A DNA stretch of 64,000 nucleotides from Eledone cirrhosa (GCA_964016885.1 OZ024741.1:284952001-285016000), one strand, 5' to 3'. Counted from the stretch's first letter, positions 39,640 to 55,810 are shown. Translations and numbers: made by a program. The notes: generated by a model from the letters alone, not told the origin.

Positions 39640-42600
39640 TCTATCGTTAGTTTAATGATTTCATTTATTGGCCACAAGAGCCGACATATAGGGGACAATA
39701 CAAAAGACTGGGACAGTGGGGTTTTACAGAAAAATCGAGTAAATAATATGAACAACGATAACAAATTAACTATAAAAAATACAAGAAAAATTCCCCAATA
39801 TACACACGCGACAATTCCTCAGGGTTCACTCAGGCACCCCACCAATCCTGAACGACCCGACGCTTCAAGAGCACCCGAGAAGGGCACCCCTCTCCTCCTC
39901 AGATATACCCACCTACAGGCGCATGACCAGAGTAGGCCCACTCACACAGACCATTCTCGCCACATTCACCCACCTTTCAGCAAATGTACTGGGGGGCAGC
40001 ACTTCTCTCTCCACCCTCACCTTCCTTTCCAAATGAAACTTGAAAAAGTTGATGAGGGATTGGCCGAAGAGAAAAGTGTCTGTTTTCAGTCCTTTCAATC
40101 TCGTCCACCATACATCCTCTTTCGCTACTGCCACTAGACAGAGGAAAATTGCCTGCTCTTCCTGGCCAAAAGAAGGCGGCGGGTCGATCTTCACTATGGA
40201 CTCGGCCGATAGCCGGATCCGTTCTAAACGCGACAACAGCTGTTCGACATAACTCCACAAGTCAGTAATGCACGGACATTGGACGAGTGCGTGCAGAACG
40301 GCTTCGTCGTTCTGCGCGCATCTCGGGTAGGTCCGTCTGACAGCACTTCCGTGCCTGTAGAGTTTATCTCGATGGCAGTGCTCCCCGGTAGCACTGCCAA
40401 GCGAGGGATTTTTGGAAATTATCCATCGCCCGGCTCGAAAGTCCTCCGGTACAGACTGGTTAGTTCGACATCGTCGACGCCCAGAGCCTCTCCGAGTGCG
40501 TCGTCGCACTTGCCCACCACTAATCCTCTATAGAACTCGAGAGTGGAAGTTCCACTGACCGCATTGCCCGCCTGGTAGAGGGCAGTGAGTGCCTGGCAAC
40601 ATTCCAGATGCCCGTCACCCAGTCTTGGTCTCTTCTTGACCCAGGACTGCAGCTCAGTCAAAGAGACGAGCTGCGGAAAGTCCTGTCTGACAAACGGCGA
40701 CCGTTCACCGTTTAGACAGAATATCTGGAGATACCGCAGCCTCAGCGCGTGTCTGCGCATCATTAGCCACGACATGCCCAGCCCTCCACGTAGAGGGTGC
40801 TGGCAGCAGATGGACCGCGTCACCAACTTAACCTGACCCCTCGACAAGAATTTCAAAAGGAGCCGCTCAAAGATAGTGAAGCACGAACGGGGACAAGGGT
40901 CGACGGTCAGACGGTAGTAGATGACGGACGCGATGTTCGCGTTCGCCACCTCCGCTCGACCTTTCAGTGATAGCTTTCTCGAAGCACATTTCGGGGTGAG
41001 ACTGGCTACCCTGCCCATCATCTCGTCCCAATTCTTATCCACTTGGAGGTCTGGCCTGAACCAAATCCCGAGCAACTTCACCGGTACGTCCGACCAGCGA
41101 CTAACGACGCTGTTGGGAGGCATGGACTTGCCTCTCCAGGAGCCGAGTTGCAAGCCCACCGACTTTTCTGGGTTAAGTTTTGCTCCCGTCAACCTTTCAT
41201 ATTCCTCCAATAAGTTGCCGACCAACTCGATTTCTGAGGTGTCCGACACCATCACGGAGATGTCGTCTGCATAAGCCGACACAGCCTTTCCGCGTCCTGG
41301 TTCGAGCGGGATGCCCTGCAACAGCTCCAGCTTCCTCAGCAAAGGTTCGAGAGTCAATACGTACAGAAGGGAGGAGAGAAGGCACCCTTGACGGACTGAT
41401 CAGGAGACCTGAAACGGTTCCGAGAGGTGACCATTAATTTTGACCACGGAGCAGGTGCCGCTGTGCATTGCAGCGATCCAGCTTCTGAAGACGGGGCCGA
41501 AGCCAGCCGCCCTGATGATCGACCCTATCGAATGCTTTCGATTTATCTAAATTGATCAGAGCCCCACCGAAGCCAAGTTTACACCTTACCCTCTCTATGA
41601 TGTATAGCATCAGGTGGAGGTTGTCGTGTATGGACCTGGTTGGGATTGCGCAAGTTTGCGCCTCCCTAACCAAATCCCCGACGACAAGCGCCAACCTCTT
41701 CGCTAACACCCTGGCCAAAATCTTAAACTCTGTGTTGAGCAGGGTTATGGGCCTGAAATTGTCTAATGTGTCCCACTTGTTCTCGTCTTTCCTTATCAGC
41801 GTCACTACGCCCCGGCTCACAGAACTGGGAATCCTCCCGTTCTGCTGCCAGTTGCAGTAGAGCGCTTCAAGGAGATTGGAGAACAAGTCTGGCATATTTA
41901 CATAAAGCTCGTAGAGCAGACCAACCAAACCGGGTGACTTGCACCTCATGCAACCGACAAGGGCATCCTGAATCTCGGCCTTTCGCAGCGCCCAGCGTCG
42001 GCCGTTGAGACTTGCGGCAAGCCTTCGAGGTAGGGACTGAAGTCTGCCACCGTCTCTGACCCACCACTTCCCCCGAACAACCGAGCAAAATGTTGGCGAA
42101 AGGCCTCACACATCCGCTTGGAATTGCTCAGCTCGTGTTCATCTCGGTCCGTCAAAGACCGAATCATGGTTTTATTACCACGCTGCGCCTCTGCCACGCA
42201 GGCCCATCGAACAGCTTTGGTTCCCTCGTTTCTCAGTGCACGCGACTTAGCTCTGACAATGCAACCTTCGTGTTTCGCATTGAACAAATGGTCTAATGCC
42301 ATTCTCGCCGCTAGCATGTTAGTTGTAATGCCACTACAAATAGCCTCGTCTAACTTATCTACCATCTCGCACTCCTTTCTATTTTTCTCTAACGCTACTT
42401 CTTTTCTAAACTCTATCGACATTACTCTAACCTCTCTTTTGTGAGCCCCCCACTACCTATTCTTGACGACACCACCTGTCAACTTTTTCTTAACTAAATT
42501 GTTGACCTGGTCCCTGTAAGCCTTACGTGCCGGAAATGACATATTTCGCTTCCAGTAACCAGGTCCTAACCTACGCGTCTTATCTAGGTCGACTATACAG

Positions 42601-44680
42601 ATCACAAACTTGTGATCTGAATAGGCGATCGTTTTAAAACAGGAAAGCTGTCTCGTATTTCTTTGTATAAATCGAGCGACATTCGCACCAGAAACAAATC
42701 TTCCGGCACGCGAAATGTGCTCGATTTAAAAATGTCCTCCTCTTTTTGTATATCTTCACTTCGTGCTACGAGGGCCATCAGTTCCTTGTTGGCCCTCCTG
42801 ACGAGCACGAAGTTTTGTATGTTTTGTTGGTGTGATTTTATTTGTTTGCGTGGCTGTGGTGGTGATGGTTTTGATGGTGTTGTTTCGGTTGTGTCTGTGT
42901 TTGTTGTGAGTGTGGTGTCTGTGGTTTCAGATGGTTGTGTGTGTATTTGTTCTTGCGTCTGTTTAGGTTGTTTGCGTTTGGGGGGGGGGGGATTCTGGTG
43001 ATGTTGATGGTAGTGTTGATGTTGGTGTTGTTGGGGAGATGTTTGCGTCGGTGGTGTCTGCATTTTTTATTGTGGGTGTTTTTGTGCTTTGTAGAGTTTT
43101 GTTTTTCTTTTTGTGTTTCCTTTTTTGTATTTTGGGGGATTTTGGTTTTCCCTCATCTTCACTACTGGTAGATGAGGGGTCTGTGTCTGTAAGTGTGTCT
43201 GTGTGTGTGTTTATGTTTTTATTGATGTGTGTATTTGGGGGGGGGGGATTTGACAACTTTCCTCGTTTTTTCCCCTGGGTGGTCAATGTTGGTGGTGGTC
43301 TTTCTATTGGTGTTGTTGCTGGTTGTTTTTGCCGGTGCTGATGTTGGTTGTGGTCCTCTCCCCGGCGTCGGCAGCAGTGAACCCCATCGACCCCTTGCAT
43401 CTTTCAGCAGTTGAGGGCAGAAGGCTCGCAAATGGGTTTTTCCCCCAGAAACAAAACAATGCGGCCTTTTGCCCTCGGTCATAATATCAATGACCGTCCC
43501 ATTATGAAGGCAGATGTGGTCCGGGATTGTCTTCACATTATCCGGCCTGATCTGGAGAAGTATCTCCAGGCCAACCCCGGACCAGTCCTCTCTGAAAGTT
43601 CTTATCACTTCTATCGGGACGGTATTCGTCCCCTCCACAATCACACATCCCAGAAGCCACCACATGTCAAGTCCTGGTGGGATTCTGGGAATGCAGAGAC
43701 GGGCCGTTCTTTTTCCCATGTGGGAGAGGTACATTATGATCTTGCCGGTTTTGCAAGGTGTCATAGCGTGTTTCATAGCGAGGGCCTCTGACTTAAACAG
43801 CACCGAAATGGTGCCGTATTGTCTGCACCTCAGCGCGACTTCGACATCTGCTTGTGGAATTAAAGCTGCCATTTTGGTTTGTGCTGAGCTGCATCTGTAA
43901 TGCATCGTTCTGCGCTCCACTGCCTCAATAGCTTCTACCGGGACAGTTAAGTTGGCTCATGTTTGCTCTTGCTTGATGAGCTTCCAGGCCTCGGCCAACT
44001 TTTCATCTTTGTTTGAGAGGTCCATACTGAAGCATGACCTCTTTTTGGCTGCTGCCGCAGCGAAAGTGTTCTTCCTGTGGTCGTTGGTGTTGTTGTTGTT
44101 GTTGTCGTTGTTCTTTATGGTGTTGTTGTTATCACTGTCGCTGTTATCGTTGTTGTCTTTGGTGCCGTCGTTGTTCTCGGTGCAGTTGGTATTGTTGCTG
44201 TTGGTGTTGTGGCTATTTGTTTTCATGTTAGTGGTGTTGATATTGTTGTTGTATTTGTTGTCATTTTTTCTGTTATCTGTATTTTGGTTGTCACTGTTAC
44301 TGTCATTTGTTTTCTAAATTAGAGTTCTCAGTGTTGTTATCATTGCTGTCTTTGTTCACATTGTTTGTGGTGGTTTTTGTTGTATCAATTTCTGTTAATT
44401 TCGCCGTAACTCTCCTCTCAACTGTTACGTCGTTGTCGCACGACAGCAGACATATCGCTGGGGGCGTGGCTAGCCATGTTTTTTTTTTCTCGATAATTTT
44501 TTAAAATGTAAAAAAGTTCAAATATTTAGGACAAAAGGCCAAATATTATACTTTCCCCCTTCACAGGGCAAAGTCCAAGGGCTTGTATCCCTTACACTAC
44601 AACAAAAAATTCAATAAATAAGTTTGACAGGTAAATAAATAAATTTACGAGAGCGAGCAAAAAGACGTCCGTTCAGAGCC
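39640..44680 (-). mobile_element. L1/Tx1-clade LINE, decayed; ORF1 about 44477-42630, ORF2 fragments 42625-39913
   Basis: ORF1 knuckle CFVSGGKTHLRAFCP; SDHK; KSPG, NFRPITLLNTEFKI, DKSKAFDRVDH, RQGCLLSPLLY, AYADD, GGLG; C-terminal C...E...HAL..C. Confidence 0.92.
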
Positions 44681-44690
44681 AATAATAATA

Positions 44691-44835
44691 GTTTCTACTT
44701 TTGGCACAAGGCCAGCAAATACCCAGTGCATTACTGGTACTTTATTTTATCGACCCCGTAAGGATGAAAGGCAAAGTTAACCTGGGCGGGATTTGAACTC
44801 AGATTGGAAAGATTGTCTGACCTTCTACAAATACT
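44691..44835 (-). mobile_element. SINE family A, internally deleted
   Basis: Homologous to 2436-2621. Confidence 0.8.
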
Positions 44836-45031
44836 GCCACTGTCTCTCAATCTCTCTCTATCATTAATTAAATGATCTTCGTTTACTCCGTTAACGGTTC
44901 TTATCTCGTGGCTATTTCACTAACCTAGGCCAAGGTTATTACAGCTGTTAAGCCTTTAACAGCGGTTGAAATGGGGAAAAAGGAGTATGAGGGGGAGTAG
45001 AAGGAGGGGGATACGGGGTATGGGAGGTATT

Positions 45032-45085
<54 letters not shown>

Positions 45086-45094
45086 ATATATATG

Positions 45095-45178
<84 letters not shown>

Positions 45179-45249
45179 TTATATACATATTATATATATA
45201 CATATTATATATATATATATATTTATATACATATTATATATATACATAT

Positions 45250-45399
<150 letters not shown>

Positions 45400-45412
45400 C
45401 ACATATATATAC

Positions 45413-45462
<50 letters not shown>

Positions 45463-45463
45463 T

Positions 45464-46635
<1,172 letters not shown>

Positions 46636-46704
46636 ATAATATATATATATATATTATATATGCACACACACATATATATATACTATATATAACATATATT
46701 ATAA

Positions 46705-46781
<77 letters not shown>

Positions 46782-46803
46782 TATATATATAATATATATA
46801 AAT

Positions 46804-46882
<79 letters not shown>

Positions 46883-46962
46883 TAAATATATATATATATA
46901 CTCTTTTACTCTTTTACCTGTTTCAGCCATCCGGCTGAGGCCATGCTGGGGCACCGCCCTTG

Positions 46963-47056
<94 letters not shown>

Positions 47057-47339
47057 ATATGTTATATGTATTGCTAATTAATCACCTTGTATCTTGAATT
47101 TTATAGACAGTGAATTTTCTAATTAAGAATTCTCGTTTCTCACCCCCACTTCCTTTGAGCCTGACGTCTACATTCTTTTCCTCGCATAAAATGATTACTT
47201 ATTTATATTCTTTAATTGATTCTATTTTACCATTCGTTTGTAGAGATTGTCAGATTAAAAATCAGTAGTTTTTCATGAAATTGCTATATATATATGTGTA
47301 TGTAATTATATATATGTGTGTGTGTATATATATATATAC

Positions 47340-47433
<94 letters not shown>

Positions 47434-47556
47434 TAAAATAACAGATTAAAGAGATTGTCAGATCAAAATCAGTAGTTTTTCATGAAATTGCTATATATAT
47501 ATATTTATGTGTATGTATTTATATATATGTGTGTGTGTATATATATATATATATAC

Positions 47557-48111
<555 letters not shown>

Positions 48112-48169
48112 TATATATATATATTTATATATATATATATGTATACACACATATATATATATATATAAA

Positions 48170-49294
48170 ACGTTACAGTATCGTGGGAGAGGATGGAAAG
48201 AAGAGGTATAGAGAGAAACGATAGAGATAATTGTTTGGCAAAAGCAGGCGCATTCGTACTCGATGTTTATGTTTATGGTATTGTTCACAGATGCTTCATT
48301 TTGAGCCCACCGTTTTAAGTCCTGCCAGGGCGCGGTGTACGGGGCCATGCTGTTATGGTGTTTGACTATTATCCGGAGTCCATCTGTAGAAGGACTGCTG
48401 TAGTCTATGGCCGCAATTGATGATGGTTTCGGCCCGACTGTAAATGAGGTCCAGGCGTGCTTGCAATATATAGTACAGTTCCATAAGACAGAGCTGTCAT
48501 TTTTTCTTGAAGTTGTAGGGTGTTGACTGGTTGACAATTTCTCAAGAAGTGGAGAAGCTAATGCTAGAGTCGTTTAATTGGGTGATGTAATTGACGAGGG
48601 ACGTAGAGTGTCTTAGCTATTAAACGACTCTAGCATTAGCTTCTCCACTTATTGGGAAATTGTCAACCAGGCAACACCCTACAACTTCAAGAAAAAATGC
48701 CAGCTCTGTCTTATGGAACTGTACTATATAGTGCAAACAGCCCTGCATCTCATTAACAGTCGGGCCGAAACCATCATCAATTGCGGCCATAGACTACAGC
48801 AGTCCTTCTAAAGATGGACCCCGGATAATACTCAAACACCATAACACCAGGGCCTCGGCTTAATCCTACGTGGAAACTGCAGCTTTATACTAACTAAAAC
48901 TAGTGTATAGCCTTTAAATACCTTAATCATAATTAACGCTCACCTTCATACATTAACAATGCCCCATTAAATTGAATTGACAAAGCATCATTAAATTAGC
49001 ACCTTGTAACTAGAAGTAGGAAAAAATATTTTGTAATAGTGGTCATTAATTTAACAGATAACTCTAAATAGCACCGTAATTACCCCCCCCCCCCTGTTCT
49101 AAAAGATAAACACTAGACTCTGTAAAACTGAGGTATGAATTTCGATGTTAAAGTCTTACTCATACCCGTACAGGGTTCATTATTAAATTCTTTACTCTTT
49201 TAAAAGCCCCAGACGAGCCCCATTGGGTGAAACATGTGTAAGAGCTTTTTATAAATGTATTTTAACGAGTTGCTTTGCTTTCCTCAACTTCTTC

Positions 49295-49295
<1 letters not shown>
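48170..49295. mobile_element. Two head-to-head truncated Penelope-like elements (GIY-YIG C-terminus)
   Basis: Arms 48352-48578 and 48619-48845 encode WEIVNQ.TPYN..KKCQLCLME...NSRAE....CGH; variant hammerhead CAGACGA-GCCC..GGGT-GAAACATGTGTA at 49202-49249. Confidence 0.82.
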
Positions 49296-49364
<69 letters not shown>

Positions 49365-49435
49365 GGACGAAACATTGTTGGCTAATAAAGACTTTTGATG
49401 TATTGAAGGCTTCTTTGGTTTATTTTTTATAAGTT

Positions 49436-49491
<56 letters not shown>

Positions 49492-49496
<5 letters not shown>

Positions 49497-50625
49497 GTGG
49501 TTACACAACAGTTAGTTCACCTACCGAGAACAATTGTTTCACCTTAGCGGATCCTCAGCTCGTAATGGACATGGTTATACGGAACAGGAAGGACAACCGT
49601 ACGAACGCGCATGCGCAGAAACGATCGCTTCACACAGGCAATACTAAAATGCGTGCGAAAGTCCGAACAATTTTTAGTTGATAGCAAAATAAGGATGTTG
49701 TTGTAATTCAATCCGGAGCTTTGTAGTTACGTAAGAGATGTTTCCAGACGTGTGGACAACGTGTGAAGAATTCATTTCTCGTGTTTAGGCAATCGCTATT
49801 GCATAATCTCTTTAGAATATTTATTCGTTCATCAACACATAGTCTTACCTATAGCTTGGACTTAGTGATGGCTTTCCATTGAATGGAGTAGTCTATAGTT
49901 GAGTCCTTGAGGGACCATACGTGGCTCGCGAGTTTCGTGGATGAACGTCTGTCCGGGTACCTAAAGGTCGACTGGTGGTTCAGGAAGCGTTCCTTAAATC
50001 GGCCCTCCACCATACCCACATAGGATTTGACATCCTGTGGTTGATTTAGTCGGTTGGAAGTGACCACAGCTTCATAAACTACAGCGGGTGTGTTGCATCA
50101 GTCGACCTTTAGGTACCCGGACTGACGTTCATCCACGAAACTCGCGAGCCACGTATGGTCCCTCAAGGACTAAAGTATAGACTACTCCATTCAATGGAAA
50201 GCCATCACTAAGTCCAAACCATACGCAAGGGGAAATCCGTCGTGTGGACTATGCATTGATGAACGAATAAATATTCTAAAGATATTATGCAATAGCGATT
50301 GCCTAAACACGAGAAATGAATTCTTCACACGTTGTCCACACGTCTGGAAACACCTCTTACGTAACTACAGAGCTCCGGATTGAATTACAACGAACATCCT
50401 AATTTTCTTATCAACTAGACATTTTTCGGACTTTCGCAGTTATCTCCCTTACACCTCTCGCACGCATTTTAGTATTGCCTGTGTGAAGTGATCGTTTCTG
50501 CGCGTGCGCATTCGTACGGTTGCCCTTCCTGTTCCGTATAACCATGTCCATTACGAGCTGAGGATCCGCTAAGGTGAAACAATTGTTCTCGGTATGGTGA
50601 ACTAACTGTTGTGTAACCATTTCTA
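49492..50625. mobile_element. Penelope-like fold-back (arms 49492-49974 and 50099-50625) with GIY-YIG and twin hammerheads (49525-49562 minus, 50554-50591 plus)
   Basis: VVYEA...YVGM....FKERF..H...LASHVW.LK...W, CGLC..E, LNTRNE...CPH; CGAG-CTGAGGA-TCC..GGT-GAAAC-AATT-GTT-CTCG. Confidence 0.9.
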
Positions 50626-51058
50626 CCTAACTCGTCCCATGGACTGAGTGCTCTACCACTATGGATATTACCTTCCAGTGTTCTACCACTATATATATAT
50701 ATATAATTCTTTTGGGGATTTCTTTTGCAAGATTTCTTATCTGAAAACGTGTGATGAAACAGATATTGTTATACGTTAGGAGGGTCATGTTGCCAATGTA
50801 ACGCATTCGCAAACTAAGCATACAATACACAACACACAAAAACAAGATGGTGTAGGGCGAACAAAGGAGAGACACAAAATAAAAACCTAGTCACTAAGGA
50901 GGTCACAGAATGTGTGACGAAAGAGCGTTGACAATATATAAACAAACATCCGGTTATCGAAACAACCAACCGGAAATTTATAATAAATTGAAGTGAAAAC
51001 CAACAGGGCGTGTGTTTTTATTGGCAGCATGACCCTCCAAAAGTATAACAATATAACA

Positions 51059-51090
<32 letters not shown>

Positions 51091-51218
51091 GTATATATAT
51101 ATGTCAACGGCCATGCAAAGGTCTGTAAATATGTATATACACATGAACATATGTATGTATATGTATATGTGTGTATGCATGGGTGCATGTGTATGTATAT
51201 GCGCGGGGACATATAAAT

Positions 51219-51545
51219 AGTCGGGCTTGACACCCGATCACGCGGTTATGCCACTGGGAGTGAAGGACCCCTAGCTTTTCTCAGGGCATTCTTCTAGGAG
51301 AAAGCAACTCAGGAAACTGGGATAACTCCGATATAAAACCTGCGGCTCATTAGTTACCGATGATGTTGATCTTTTCTTCTTTTCGCGTTATAGCTACTGT
51401 CGCTCAGAGAGTGGGATTGGCTCAGTGCACAGTGTTTCCTCACATTAAAAAGTATCTTCACGCACAGGCATTACACGATAGAATTAATAATTATTAATAA
51501 TGGTATATTGTGCAATGGTCATACTCGATAACGAGGGGGCAGCCA

Positions 51546-51547
<2 letters not shown>
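51219..51547 (+). mobile_element. Second, shorter bipartite RTE-derived retroposon
   Basis: Shares CTAGGAGA, GATATAA.ACCTGC, GAGAGTGGGA.TGGCT, CACAGGCATT and 3' CTCG-ATAA-CGAG..GGCAGCCA-(TA)n with the 600-bp family. Confidence 0.72.
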
Positions 51548-51596
<49 letters not shown>

Positions 51597-51813
51597 TAAA
51601 ATAACAGATTAAAGTTTAAGCAAAGAATCGCTACTTTCACCCTTAACGGGATCTTCTGAAACTAACAAAGTCAATCTGTAAACGCAGAACTGGATATTTC
51701 AAAAAACGTTGCAACCGGAGGAAGACAGGAAGACGATACTTTGGTTCGTGGTAAGGTTCGCTGGCAAAGAACGGGAAAAAACGAATAATACGTCATTAAT
51801 AGGACAAAAACGG

Positions 51814-52580
51814 TCAAAAATACAGATATAAATACATATATATAGTCTAACAAACTTCTTTCATTGCACATCTGCTACATCATCAGTGGTACTATTATCA
51901 TGTTTCCCCTGCTGTATTGTACGTATTGTAGTGTCTATGCCATTTTTATCAGCTTGTGTTTTGTATAATAATTGTTTCTACTTTTGGCACAAGGCCAGCA
52001 ATTAATATCAGTATTACTGGTATTTTATTTTATCGACCTCGTAAGGATGAAAGGCAAAGTTAACCTCGGCAGGATTTGAACTCAGATCATAAAGGGCCGT
52101 AACTCTTTGCTGCAAAGCATGGCGTCTGACCCTCTACCGATAGTGCCAATCCATCGAATAATAAATTATTTACTTGCTTTGATATGTTTGTCGTGTATAT
52201 ATTGAAGGAAACACGGTGTTTTAAGAAGCGAATTTGTTCTGTCGTTATTGTAGTTTTTATATAACAGAAAACAGTGTCTTTCAATAAATAACCTTTCAGC
52301 TTGGCACAAGCTAATGCCATAATGGCGATGAATTTGTTTTGCAAGGTTTTTTATATGAAATCTTGTGTCGAAACAAATATTCAAAATATACACGACAAAC
52401 ATAACAAAACAAGTAAATAATTTATTATTAAACAAAACACAAGCTGATAAAAATGGCGTAGACACTACAATACATACAATACAGCAGGGGAAACAATAAT
52501 AGTACCACTGATGATGTTGCAGATGTGCAACAAAAGAACTTTGTTAGACTATATATATGTATTTATATCAGTATTTTTGA
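51814..52580. mobile_element. Older fold-back (arms 51814-52205 and 52380-52580) with degenerate hammerheads; SINE A (51972-52152, minus) in the left arm
   Basis: CTGATGA-TGTTGCA-GATG-TGCAAC at 52508; the mirror copy retains GAAA; arms visibly diverged. Confidence 0.75.
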
Positions 52581-52875
52581 AAGATGAGCAGACCTTTTCA
52601 ACACTTAATGTTAAATTAAAATTTTTTATCCGTTTAACCCATTTTTAATTGTAATATTCAACATTTAATAAGATGGTTGACACTGATACATTGAAACCGG
52701 TTATATTTTCTATATTTTATATACATTATAAAACTCATTTTTTAAAAAGAATTGTTGCTCTCATTATTTCAATAATGTCATTTTGACAAATCAAAGAAGA
52801 AAAGTAGAAAAACAGGTCCTTAAATATATTTTCCGTGCTAATTCCACCTTTTCGCTATAACTCACCTCCTCTCTG

Positions 52876-53020
52876 TGTGAAGGTGCATGACTTAGTGGTT
52901 AGAGCATTGGGCTTGCAATCGAAAGGTTGTGAGTTCAATTCTCAGACCGGGTGATGTGTTGTTTCCTTGAGCAAGAGACTTTATTTCACGTTGCTCCAGT
53001 TTATTCAGCTGTAGAAATGA
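52876..53020 (+). mobile_element. tRNA-derived SINE family B (other copies 59560-59800 minus, 1585-1705 minus-like)
   Basis: A box TGACTTAGTGG, B box GAGTTCAATTC, core TCCTTGAGCAAGA.ACTTTATTTCACGTTGCTCCA. Confidence 0.8.
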
Positions 53021-53199
53021 GATGATAGGACTGGGGTCCCTATCATTAAATTACCCAAGACACCTCCAACGAGATATACCTTGGAGGAGGCCAGCTAAAC
53101 CTGCATAGGTGTGGGCTGTCACACACTCCCACACTATAATCCCTGTTTTGTATAGAACCTTACACCCTTTTCAAATTTATATATATATATATATATATT

Positions 53200-53291
53200 C
53201 TCTTTTCTAAGGCGGGTAAAATTCCCGAGATCCATGGACGAGTTCTCTCCAGCGGTCTCTGTCCCTCATTATCGCTGCCATGTCCTGCGTC

Positions 53292-53296
<5 letters not shown>
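53200..53296 (-). mobile_element. RTE 3'-end fragment in (TA)n
   Basis: Translates ETQDMAAIMRDRDRWRELVHGSR, the DR..WR..V terminus of RTE ORFs. Confidence 0.6.
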
Positions 53297-53339
<43 letters not shown>

Positions 53340-53343
<4 letters not shown>

Positions 53344-53510
53344 ATAATATATATAGTAATAATAATGAATTAGTAATAATTAGTAATAATTAGTAATAAT
53401 AATATTAGTAATAATAATTAGTAATAATAATTAGTAATAATTAGTAATAATTAGTAATAATAATATTAGTAATAATAATATAGTAATAATATATATAGTA
53501 ATAATAATAA
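53340..53510. repeat. TAGTAATAAT minisatellite
   Basis: Directly visible. Confidence 0.92.
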
Positions 53511-53581
53511 ATTTGAAGACTAAAATGCAAAGAAGGCTCAATAAGGATAAATATATATCAGATATATAAGAACCGTAGAGC

Positions 53582-53737
53582 AAATATTTATTAAAATAAC
53601 AGATTAAAGTTTAATCAAAGAATCGCTGCTTTCACCCTTAACGGGATCTTCTGTAACCCAAGAGTTTCAGAAGATCCCGTTAAGAGTGAAAACAGCGATT
53701 CTTTGCTTAAACTTTAATCTGTTATTTTAATAAATAT
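53582..53737. repeat. Short fold-back of a dispersed terminus also found at 24587-24708, 47428-47450 and 51592-51712
   Basis: Arms share CAGAAGATCCCGTTAAG.GTGAAA.CAGCGATTCTTTG.TTAAACTTTAATCTGTTATTTTAATA. Confidence 0.8.
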
Positions 53738-53741
53738 ATAT

Positions 53742-53820
<79 letters not shown>

Positions 53821-53827
53821 TTGAAAT

Positions 53828-53932
53828 AAAATGAAAACGAAATTTCATTTCTCACTCTTAGTACGACACTTACTTAAATGTAAGTATGTGTGTATACGTA
53901 CATACATATATGTATACAGACGTACAGTAGCA

Positions 53933-54004
<72 letters not shown>

Positions 54005-54569
54005 GGTACACATACATATATGCACGTATCAGTTTAGCGGACGCTTATTATAACGCCGCTTTGTTCGTTTGTAAACAAACTGAACAGCCTGAATTTTTAT
54101 GCCGGACGGTGTTAAGGCAACCACGTCACCTTTTTGTTCAACACTGACACAGGAACGATGTACTAGTTTCAAGCTTGTTAGCTATCATCAGCACCGTATA
54201 CCCACCTGCCAGATAGTTGAACGTTCGAAAGTATATACTTTCCTTATGAAAATTAACGGCTGAGCAGCCTAATTTGCATATCGAGTGAGCTAAGTCGGTC
54301 AGGCATTAGCTCACTCGTTAATTTTCATAAGGAAAGTATATACTTTCGAACGTTCAACTATCTGGCAGATGGGTATACGGTGCTGATGATAGCTAACAAG
54401 CTTGAAACTAGTACATCGTTCCTGTGTCAGTGTTGAACAAAAAGGTGACGTGGTTGCCTTAACACCGTACGGCATAAAAATTCAGGCTGTTCAGTTTGTT
54501 TACAAACGAACAAATCGGCGTTATAATAAGCGTCCGCTAAACTGATACGTGCATATATGTATGTGTACC

Positions 54570-54613
<44 letters not shown>

Positions 54614-54663
54614 TGCTACTGTACGTCTGGATACATATATGTATGTACGTATACACACATACT

Positions 54664-54668
<5 letters not shown>
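53828..54668. mobile_element. Retrozyme-like family R1 fold-back with twin hammerheads (54155-54197 minus, 54377-54419 plus)
   Basis: ACGGTG-CTGATGA-TAGCT-AACA-AGCTT-GAAAC-TA-GTA-CATCGT; arms 53878-54258 and 54316-54668. Confidence 0.88.
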
Positions 54669-54706
<38 letters not shown>

Positions 54707-55473
54707 ATATATATATTGTGAACCTGACCGGTTAGGCTTAATTAGCTGTAGCAGTAACACAGCGTGGTTAGTAATTGGGGTTTGTATAACGGGATACTTA
54801 ACATACTATGTAGTATAATAAACACACGTGTTTCGTTATGAATATTTTAAGCTGTGATTATGTCACAACTATGCTAATAGCCGTATGATAATATCAAACA
54901 TTTGTTTCGGGATTTACTCACTCAGTACAGAGACATCAATAAAATTGTTCATGTTGTTGTGTTGTTTCTGTTGTGCTGGTAGTGGGGTTGGTGGAGGTGG
55001 TAATGGGGATGACGGTGTGTACAATTGTTTACTGTTGTGGCCTTGTTTTCAGCGGCGTTCACGGTGGTTGATTTTTGACAATGGAGGAAAATCAAATTCA
55101 TCAGCAGCATGATACTTCTGGTTGTTGTTGTTATTGTTGGTACTGCAACTGTTGCTACTGCTATTGTTGCTGCAGCTGCTGCTGTTGCTGTTGCCATTGA
55201 TGATCCCATTGTTGTTGACCTTGTTATCATTAGTGTTGCTATTGTAGTCGTTGTTGTAGTTGTTTGTTGTTGTGCTAGCGGCGGTGGTTGTGGTGGTGTC
55301 TATATTGGTATTGGTGATTATGGCTGTGACGGTGTCCTTAATTCACTTTTGTCTTTTGGCTGTTATCAAGAAAATATAACATACTTTTTTTCGTGTTGTT
55401 TTTCGCTTTCACTGTCCTGTCATGTAGACGGAGACGTGGTGTTCGCTTCTATTTATTATTATGATTATTATTA

Positions 55474-55810
55474 GGGTGGATTGGCAGTATCGGTAGAGCG
55501 TCGGACACCATGTTTTGCAGCATAGAGTTACGCCCCTTTACGGTCTGAGTTCAAATCTCGCTGAAGTTAATTTGCTTTTCATCTTTACGGGGTCGATAAA
55601 ATAAAGCCCCAGTAACGTACTGGGGTCGATTTAATCGAATTTCCCCTCCTCGCGAATTACTGGCTTTGTGCCTACACTAGAAATCATTATTATAATTGTA
55701 TAGGCGTGGTTAACTTTGCCTTTCATCCTTACGGGGTCGATAAAATAAAGTACCAGTAGTGCATTGGGTAATTGCTGGCCTTGTGCCAAAAGTAGAAACA
55801 ATTATAATTG
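55474..55810 (+). mobile_element. Two adjacent SINE family A copies (full 55474-55690; 5'-truncated 55708-55800)
   Basis: Homology to 2436-2621; direct repeat ATTATAATTGTATAGGC brackets the second copy. Confidence 0.85.

Noticed and set aside
52876-52950. tRNA gene
   Set aside because: A and B boxes run into a SINE core and there is no intact cloverleaf.
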